Positions 26,547 to 32,661 of a stretch of 32,661 bases of DNA are shown here, in pieces. Both the position numbers and the translations under genes were made by a program. The notes under the pieces were generated by a model that saw nothing but the letters and a program-made list of their open reading frames with translations, did no database searches and was not told the origin of the DNA. This stretch comes from an uncultured Ignavibacteriaceae bacterium (GTDB taxonomy: Bacteria > Bacteroidota > Ignavibacteria > UBA10030): contig CAYIBG010000002.1 in the NCBI GenBank assembly GCA_964361365.1, positions 1 to 32,661 of the forward strand, read 5' to 3'. Position 1 is the stretch's first letter; every line of letters begins with the position of its first letter.

Positions 26547-27872
26547 ATGGAAATCCTCGAATTAACGAAGCGGGTCTACAACAAGCTTACCTGGACATGG
26601 AATCCCGGCAGTGAAAAAGAAGCCGGGGATGCGATCGTCAAGAATCTGCTCCTCCACTGGTTTCCGAACAAGATTTCAAAGGAGAGCCTATCGTGGAAGT
26701 ATTCCATGTGGTTAGGAACCATCTCTTTCGTGTTGTTCGGCATTCTCACCGTCACGGGCGTCGTCCTCATGTTTCTGTATGTCCCGTCCGTTGAGAGGGC
26801 ATATTCATCAGTAAAAGACATCGAATTCGTCGTGTCGTTCGGCTGGCTCTTACGAGCGATGCATCGGATCTCTGCGCATCTCATGGTGGCCGTCGTGTTC
26901 CTCCACATGGTTCGAGTGTTCTTGACGGGAGCATACAAGAAAGGCGTTGCGGTCGGCTCCAATCGTCCGATGAATTGGATTGTTGGCCTCATCCTGCTCA
27001 TTATGACACTTCTGTTGTCTTTCACGGGATACTTGTTGCCGTGGGATCAACTGGCATACTGGGCCATCACGGTGGGCACCAACATCGCGAGTGCCGCGCC
27101 GGTTATCGGCGAGTGGATTCGTTTTATCCTACTGGGGGGAACGATGATCGATCAAAACGCTTTGATACGATTTTATGTTCTGCATGTCTTCTTCCTGCCG
27201 ATGATCGTTGTGTTCCTGTTTTCGTACCACATGTGGCGTGTTCGAAAAGATGGTGGACTCGCCGTAGCAGACCGGCTCGCACAGGATGAAAAAGTCCAGG
27301 AAGTCAAACCCGTCAAAACTAAAACCTTCTCGCTGCTCGGCATTACCAATGGAACAAGTGTTCATGTCCGATCGCTGGCGATTGATGAAGAAAAGAATTC
27401 CGTGTCATCTGCCCCGAATCTGCTGAGGAGAATTTGGATCGTCACGCTCGTGACCTTTCTCGCCGTTTTTGTCCTGTCGTTTATCTTCCGGGCGCCGCTC
27501 GAAGCTCCGGCGAATCCTTCGGTGACGCCGAACCCGGCAAAAGCGCCGTGGTATTTTTTGTGGCTGCAGGAACTCGTGACGATCACCACGCTCAAGGTCG
27601 GCTCGTTCACCATCAACGGCGCACTCATCGGAGGCATCATCCTTCCGGCAGTGTTGCTCGGCCTTGGAATCTGGTGGCCGTACCGGGACCGCTCGGACCT
27701 GAATACAGTCGGCATCTGGTTCGCACATGAACGTCGTAAGCAAAACTACATCTTTCTCGCAATCTGCCTCTTCATTATTGTGCTTACGATCGTCGGTACG
27801 TTCCTGAGAGGCCCTTACTGGAACTTCTACTGGCCGTGGGAACAGTGGCCAACGATGCCGGTGAAATTCTGA
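26547..27872 (+). CDS. Cytochrome b (fused b6-like and subunit IV-like halves)
   Basis: 441 aa, multi-TM. Haem-ligand His pairs (RAMHRISAHLM; VLHVFF...SYHMW). The Qo-site motif reads APWY (27543-27554). Confidence 0.85.
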   Translation: MEILELTKRVYNKLTWTWNPGSEKEAGDAIVKNLLLHWFPNKISKESLSWKYSMWLGTISFVLFGILTVTGVVLMFLYVPSVERAYSSVKDIEFVVSFGWLLRAMHRISAHLMVAVVFLHMVRVFLTGAYKKGVAVGSNRPMNWIVGLILLIMTLLLSFTGYLLPWDQLAYWAITVGTNIASAAPVIGEWIRFILLGGTMIDQNALIRFYVLHVFFLPMIVVFLFSYHMWRVRKDGGLAVADRLAQDEKVQEVKPVKTKTFSLLGITNGTSVHVRSLAIDEEKNSVSSAPNLLRRIWIVTLVTFLAVFVLSFIFRAPLEAPANPSVTPNPAKAPWYFLWLQELVTITTLKVGSFTINGALIGGIILPAVLLGLGIWWPYRDRSDLNTVGIWFAHERRKQNYIFLAICLFIIVLTIVGTFLRGPYWNFYWPWEQWPTMPVKF

Positions 27873-27897
27873 TGTACCTTTGAGAGGACGAGAATCA

Positions 27898-29121
27898 ATG
27901 GACCACAAGACCATCAAAGAAAAACTGAGTTTTGTAAAACTCGACAGGTTGATCGTGAATATCGTTGGCATCGCACTGTTCCTGGTCGTTGCGTTCAGCG
28001 TGTACGATTACTTTCAACCGGAGTGGCTGAGTTATCAGGCTGAGTTCAGAGACCTTGTGGAAGGGAAGTTCGGTCCTGAGCGAGCCGAGGCAGTTCCGTC
28101 CGGATTCCAGCAGATTTACCTGAAAACGTTGAACCGCACGGACCGATGCATCACATGTCACCAAGGGTTTGAGTGGACAGGGCTTGAAAACGCGCCTGAG
28201 CCTTTTCGAACCCACCCCAAGGAAATCCTGAAGACGCATCCGATTTCCCGGTACGGTTGTACAACATGTCACGGCGGCCAGGGTTATGCGACAGATATGG
28301 AACCTGCTCACGGATTGATCGAACACTGGGAAGAGCCCGTGCTGGGGAAGGAACTGGGGAATTTCTATGTCATGAGCGATAAGAAGGCGCTGATGCAAAT
28401 GCAGTGTAACGCCTGTCATCGTTTCGACAAGGAAACCAAAGGGGCGGGGTACATGAACCGAGCGAAGCAGCTCGTGGCCGAAAAGGGATGCCGCGCTTGC
28501 CACGTCATCAATGGCCGGGGAGGCACCGTGGCCCCCGACCTGACGCAGGAAGGCGACAAATCAGCCGCACAATTCAATTACGAGCGCATCAAAGGTCTGC
28601 ATTCCGAGTTTACGTGGCATGTTTCGCACTTTAAGAACCCGAAAGAACTTGTTCCCGAAACAGTCATGCCGAACTTCAACTTTGGCAGTGCCGATGCTCA
28701 AGCGTTGGCTATGCTGGTCATGAGCTGGAAGAGAAACGAGATCCCGGTGAGCTACATACCGAACAATAATTTCAAAGACACACCGACAAAAGAAGAGCTG
28801 GAAAAGGAAGAGAAGATGCTGAAAGGACCGGGGGCATTCTTCGTGAAGAAGAACTGTTTCGTGTGTCACTCTGTCTCCACGCTCGGCATCGATGCAGCCG
28901 CTCAAATAGGCCCTGACCTCGCGATGGCCGTCGAGGATGTTCAGTCCCGCTTTGGAAGAACGCTTGATGATTTTCTTGCAAAGCCGACGGGAACGATGGA
29001 GGTGGTGTTGTCTACCATGATCACGCTGACGGAAGAAGAGCGAAAGGAAGCGATCGAGAAGCTCCGGTTCGCCTACGAGCTGAAGCAAAAAGAAAAGAAA
29101 AAAATTGTTGTAAAGAAGTAA
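27898..29121 (+). CDS. Membrane-anchored pentahaem cytochrome c
   Basis: ATG 27898 with a GAGAGGA RBS. N-terminal TM helix. Five CxxCH motifs (CITCH, CTTCH, CNACH, CRACH, CFVCH). Confidence 0.8.
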   Translation: MDHKTIKEKLSFVKLDRLIVNIVGIALFLVVAFSVYDYFQPEWLSYQAEFRDLVEGKFGPERAEAVPSGFQQIYLKTLNRTDRCITCHQGFEWTGLENAPEPFRTHPKEILKTHPISRYGCTTCHGGQGYATDMEPAHGLIEHWEEPVLGKELGNFYVMSDKKALMQMQCNACHRFDKETKGAGYMNRAKQLVAEKGCRACHVINGRGGTVAPDLTQEGDKSAAQFNYERIKGLHSEFTWHVSHFKNPKELVPETVMPNFNFGSADAQALAMLVMSWKRNEIPVSYIPNNNFKDTPTKEELEKEEKMLKGPGAFFVKKNCFVCHSVSTLGIDAAAQIGPDLAMAVEDVQSRFGRTLDDFLAKPTGTMEVVLSTMITLTEEERKEAIEKLRFAYELKQKEKKKIVVKK

Positions 29122-29168
29122 ATTACCCGGGACGATCCGGAAATCACAATCACAAAAGGAGGTTCTAT

Positions 29169-31028
29169 ATGAAAACAAAACTCTTTGCAATCATTGCGCT
29201 CGTCATAACGTTGGTTTTATTGGCTGGCTGCGGTGGCGAACAACGAGGGAGAACGGCCCGTTCTGATGTGCAGGAAGCGGCGCTCAAAAGTTACGTCGCA
29301 CCGGGCGACCTGGACGAGTATTATATCTTCAAATCGGGCGGCCACTCGGGGCAAGTGTACGTCTACGGTATCCCCTCGATGCGTCATATCTCAACCATCC
29401 CCGTGTTCAGTCCCTATGCCGCAACGGGATACGGATTCGATAAAGAATCGAAGGAAATGCTCGGCGGGTTCACGTGGGGCGATGCGCACCATCCGTCACT
29501 CAGCGAAACAGACGGGGACTACGACGGGCGCTGGTTGTTCATTTCGGATAACGCGAACAATCGCATGGCTCGGGTCGACTTGCGCGATTTCAAGACCAAG
29601 CAGATCTTTGGACCGATCCCCAACGTCTCAGGGAATCATTGCTCCTCGTTCAGCACCGAGAACACGGAATACATCCTCGCCGGTTCGAGGTTTTCGATTC
29701 CTCTGCCGAAGGGTTCTTATGAGAAGATCGAGGATTATGCAACGAAGTACAAAGGGGTTGTCGCAGGGATCGAAGTCAACCCGAAGAGCGGCAACATGAC
29801 TCTTGGCTGGCAAGTACTGATGCCGCCATTTAACTATGATTTGGGCGATGCAGGAAAGGGTCCGAGTAAGGAATGGGGCTTCTGGACGTGCTACAACAGC
29901 GAGCGAGCGATCGGGAAACTTGAAGTTACTTCCACGCAGAAAGACCGTGACTATGTTGTTGCGGTAAACTGGAAATCCGCGGAAAAGGCAATCAAAGACG
30001 GCAAGTTCAGAATGATCGGCGGTGTCAAGGTGATTGACCCGAAACAAACCGAAGGAGTGGTATATCTGATGCCGGCTGCGAAGTCGCCGCACGGAGTGGA
30101 CATAAGCCCGGACGGCAAGTATATCATTGCCAGCGGAAAGTTGCAGAGCATTACCACGGTCTTCAATTTCGAAAAAATGCTGACGGCCATTCAAAAGAAG
30201 GATTTCACCGGTAACGAAGATGGAATTCCCGTCCTGAATTACGACGCCGTCAAAGACGCTGAAGTCAATGTGGGTCTCGGTCCATTGCATACACAGTTCG
30301 ACGATAAGGGTTTCGCCTACACGTCTCTGTTCGTTGAAAGTGCGGTTGCGAAGTGGAAGCTGGGAACATGGGAAGTCGTGGATAAAATCCCGGTATCGTA
30401 CAACATCGGCCACCTGACAGCGGCAGAAGGCGACACGAAGAATCCAGACGGCAAGTACCTGGTCGCCCTCAACAAGCTTTCCCATGGGCGGCATTTGAGC
30501 GTGGGTCCTTCGCAGCCAGAGTCCTCGCAGCTCATCGATATCAGCGGGGAAAAAATGGGATTACTCATGGATGCGTTCACAGAGCCCGAGCCTCATTACG
30601 CTCAGATCGTCAAAGCGGACAAGATAAAGCCGATCGAAGTATATCCGAAAGAGGAAAACAAACACCCGAAGGCGATCTGGGATATCAAGGACTCGAAGGT
30701 TGTCCGCAACGGCAGGAACGTTGAGGTGTACATGATTGCGGTTCGCTCAAGCTTCACGCCGACCAGTGTCGAAGTGAACAAAGGGGACAAGGTCACGATT
30801 TATATGACGAACATCGAGCAGACAACGGATGAACTGCACGGGTTAGGGATCAACGAGTATAACATCAACGTTGTCGTGGACCCGGGCGAGACGAAGACCA
30901 TCGAGTTCGTGGCGGATAAGCCGGGAGTGTTCCCGTTTTACTGCACGAATTTTTGCTCAGCGCTGCACCAGGAGATGCAAGGATATCTTCTCGTGAAGGG
31001 CGGAGGCAGTTCGGTTGTCTTAAACTAG
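29169..31028 (+). CDS. nosZ: Nitrous-oxide reductase, clade II (Sec-type, predicted lipoprotein)
   Basis: 619 aa with an AAAGGAGG RBS. No twin-arginine motif. Lipobox LLAGC (Cys21, 29229-29231). CuZ-region motif GDAHHP. C-terminal CuA motif CTNFCSALHQEM. Confidence 0.92.
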   Translation: MKTKLFAIIALVITLVLLAGCGGEQRGRTARSDVQEAALKSYVAPGDLDEYYIFKSGGHSGQVYVYGIPSMRHISTIPVFSPYAATGYGFDKESKEMLGGFTWGDAHHPSLSETDGDYDGRWLFISDNANNRMARVDLRDFKTKQIFGPIPNVSGNHCSSFSTENTEYILAGSRFSIPLPKGSYEKIEDYATKYKGVVAGIEVNPKSGNMTLGWQVLMPPFNYDLGDAGKGPSKEWGFWTCYNSERAIGKLEVTSTQKDRDYVVAVNWKSAEKAIKDGKFRMIGGVKVIDPKQTEGVVYLMPAAKSPHGVDISPDGKYIIASGKLQSITTVFNFEKMLTAIQKKDFTGNEDGIPVLNYDAVKDAEVNVGLGPLHTQFDDKGFAYTSLFVESAVAKWKLGTWEVVDKIPVSYNIGHLTAAEGDTKNPDGKYLVALNKLSHGRHLSVGPSQPESSQLIDISGEKMGLLMDAFTEPEPHYAQIVKADKIKPIEVYPKEENKHPKAIWDIKDSKVVRNGRNVEVYMIAVRSSFTPTSVEVNKGDKVTIYMTNIEQTTDELHGLGINEYNINVVVDPGETKTIEFVADKPGVFPFYCTNFCSALHQEMQGYLLVKGGGSSVVLN

Positions 31029-31037
31029 TAATTCCTG

Positions 31038-31068
31038 ATCGAGCCCTCCCGTGGAGGGAGGGCTCGAT
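31038..31068 (+). terminator. Strong GC-rich hairpin immediately after nosZ (terminator, attenuator or mRNA-stabilising stem)
   Basis: 13-bp perfect stem ATCGAGCCCTCCC/GGGAGGGCTCGAT with the 5-nt loop GTGGA. It is followed by TGGTTTG, which is only a weak U tract. Confidence 0.5.
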
Positions 31069-31094
31069 TGGTTTGCGGAAAGGATGTTCTTGAA

Positions 31095-31736
31095 ATGAAA
31101 AAGCTCATACAAAAGGCAACAACGTTTTTTGAGACTCCCGTCGACATACGAAGTCGACTCGTGGTGCTCGTTGCTGCAATTCTCCTGGTGCCCACATACT
31201 TTTTCCCTCTGTGGAACATGGAGCTCTATTCCAATCAGTTTCCTGAAGGTCTGGTGCTGAATATTTACTCGTACAAGCTCGAAGGCGGCAAATCTCCCTA
31301 CCGTGACGACCTCAAGGAGATCAACTCGCTGAACCATTACATCGGAATGCGACCGCTTCAGGAAGACGACTTTACCGAATTCAAATGGATTCCGTTTGTG
31401 ATCGGCGGAGTCATACTTCTCGCCCTGAGAGCCGTTGTGCTCGGCAAGATGTCTGAGCTCGTGGATTTGTTCGTGCTCTTCACGTATTTCGGCTTGTTTT
31501 CTCTCTGGGCCTTCTATCATAAGATGTATCTCTATGGACACGAGTTGGATCCAACATCAGCGATCAAAGTGGACCCCTTCACGCCGCCGATTTTTGGCCA
31601 CATGACGATGGCGAACTTCGAAGTTTACAGCTATCCGCAGCTCGGTTCATACTTCATGGGCGCAATGCCAATTCTGTTGCTCCTGGCAATGTGGCTTTCA
31701 CGACGTACAGCGCAAAAGGAAACGGCGGCCCGGTGA
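31095..31736 (+). CDS. Membrane protein downstream of nosZ (NosB-position candidate)
   Basis: 213 aa from ATG 31095 with a GGAAAGGA RBS. About four TM helices. It sits in the position held by the nosB membrane gene in clade II nos clusters. Homology not verified. Confidence 0.5.
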   Translation: MKKLIQKATTFFETPVDIRSRLVVLVAAILLVPTYFFPLWNMELYSNQFPEGLVLNIYSYKLEGGKSPYRDDLKEINSLNHYIGMRPLQEDDFTEFKWIPFVIGGVILLALRAVVLGKMSELVDLFVLFTYFGLFSLWAFYHKMYLYGHELDPTSAIKVDPFTPPIFGHMTMANFEVYSYPQLGSYFMGAMPILLLLAMWLSRRTAQKETAAR

Positions 31737-31737
31737 A

Positions 31738-32550
31738 ATGAGAATTCCAGGACTCATCATACCGAAGGAACACGGTGCATGGGCAGTCTTGCTCGTCCCG
31801 ATGATTGTCGTGTCGGGTGTCGTGGGAACATTCAGTCTCAACCTGTTGTTTCTGACTGGATCGGCGCTGCCAATGTTCATGAGCTCCGGCCCGGTGCAAA
31901 TGATCCTGAGGAACAGGCTCGTCGGTTCTCTGGAGAGTGAGAAGATGAGGGAGGCGAAGCTTTCGGCGGGACTGTATTTGGTCGCGAGCCTGATACTGGC
32001 GACGCCTCTTCTCCTGCAGGGCTTCTGGCTGCTGGCGGGGTTTGGTTTTCTGGCTGCCGTTTCGTTCTTGCTGAGTTTCTTCATTTCCAAAGGAACTCAC
32101 AAGACAGTTTGGTCCGACCTCCTGGCAGTCTTTGGTTTAACTCTGAGCGCTCCGAGCAGCTATTATGTACTGCAAGGATCGATCGACTCTCTATCGCTTG
32201 AGCTTTGGCTCCTGAATTTCTTGTTCTTTGGGTCAAGCGTCTTCTACGTTCATATGAAGATCACAGCGACAAAGTTTAAAGGCTCTGAACTGAAAGCACC
32301 GCAAAAACTCCTCCTCGGGAAGATGAACATCGCGTATCATGTTGTTGTGCTGGCGATTATTACGACGCTCGTGGCGCTGAATTACACCGAGGAATTGGCG
32401 ATGGGTGCGTTTGCGCCAATCTTGATTCACTCAATCTACGGTACAATCAAACTTTCCACAAAGGTCAGCTTCAAACGGCTGGGCTTCCTGCTTCTTGGCC
32501 AATCCATTGTGTTCGGCATTTTAGTGACCCTTTCGCTCAGGGTATCATGA
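31738..32550 (+). CDS. YwiC-like polytopic membrane protein
   Basis: 270 aa. The N-terminus PKEHGAWAVLLVP matches the P-x-(Q/E)HGAWAM motif I associate with the YwiC-like family. Multiple TM helices. The ATG lies 1 nt after the previous stop. Confidence 0.5.
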   Translation: MRIPGLIIPKEHGAWAVLLVPMIVVSGVVGTFSLNLLFLTGSALPMFMSSGPVQMILRNRLVGSLESEKMREAKLSAGLYLVASLILATPLLLQGFWLLAGFGFLAAVSFLLSFFISKGTHKTVWSDLLAVFGLTLSAPSSYYVLQGSIDSLSLELWLLNFLFFGSSVFYVHMKITATKFKGSELKAPQKLLLGKMNIAYHVVVLAIITTLVALNYTEELAMGAFAPILIHSIYGTIKLSTKVSFKRLGFLLLGQSIVFGILVTLSLRVS

Positions 32551-32661
32551 AAAAAAAGATCCTTACTGGAATTGCCTGGATTGCAGCGAGTTTGGGAACC
32601 CTCAGCGCGCAGTCGCAGAACGATCTTCAAGGATTGATCTCGAAGGCAAAGCCCGGCGACA
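32547..32661 (+). CDS. nosD: NosD (periplasmic copper-maturation beta-helix protein), N-terminal fragment truncated by the window end
   Basis: ATGA overlap with the previous gene. Signal peptide MKKKILTGIAWIAASLGTLSA, then LQGLISKAKPGD, the typical NosD N-terminal LQ..I..A.PGD motif. Only 38 codons are visible. Confidence 0.5.
   Translation, partial: MKKKILTGIAWIAASLGTLSAQSQNDLQGLISKAKPGD

Noticed and set aside
1-32661. Search by eye for CRISPR repeats, tRNA/rRNA genes, transposases, integrases, toxin-antitoxin pairs, defence systems and long direct repeats
   Set aside because: No regularly spaced repeats, cloverleaf-like segments or mobile or defence gene signatures were recognised. Apart from the hypothetical ORFs noted in the features, ORFs above 100 aa on the + strand are accounted for by metabolic, regulatory or respiratory functions.

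Overview
All roughly 38 predicted genes are on the + strand. The source is an unidentified Gram-negative bacterium (TonB, Tat, Sec and lipobox signals). The taxon cannot be fixed from sequence alone. Positions 1-15.1 kb hold central-carbon and stress genes: a DHOD-like flavoprotein, two tiny zinc-ribbon ORFs, a hemerythrin-like protein, OsmC, DUF2892, alanine dehydrogenase, a CoA-transferase, TonB and NADP-malic enzyme MaeB. They also hold a delta-alpha-beta-gamma 2-oxoacid:ferredoxin oxidoreductase operon carrying extra small ORFs, UspA, and two Rrf2 regulators flanking a SAM methyltransferase. Positions 15.2-32.7 kb form one co-oriented N-oxide respiratory island. It opens with an Rrf2 regulator that has a clear promoter and palindrome. 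Next is a Tat-exported molybdoenzyme resembling the Nitrospira/anammox periplasmic nitrite oxidoreductase (NXR): alpha subunit, an 86-aa ORF, beta subunit, a gamma subunit fused to a dihaem cytochrome c, a TorD-like chaperone and an FmdE-like protein. Then come a cytoplasmic GltD/NfnB-like NAD(P)H flavo-iron-sulfur protein, a Rieske protein, cytochrome b and a pentahaem cytochrome c. The island ends with clade II NosZ (Sec/lipobox signal), two membrane proteins and the first 38 codons of NosD. No rRNA, tRNA, CRISPR array, transposase, integrase or phage gene was recognised. The main candidate for something new is the physical linkage of the NXR-like enzyme, an NAD(P)H-module-bearing Rieske/cyt b complex and N2O reductase. 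The catalytic direction of the NXR-like enzyme cannot be read from sequence. A 126-nt nested-stem element upstream of ald is a secondary curiosity.
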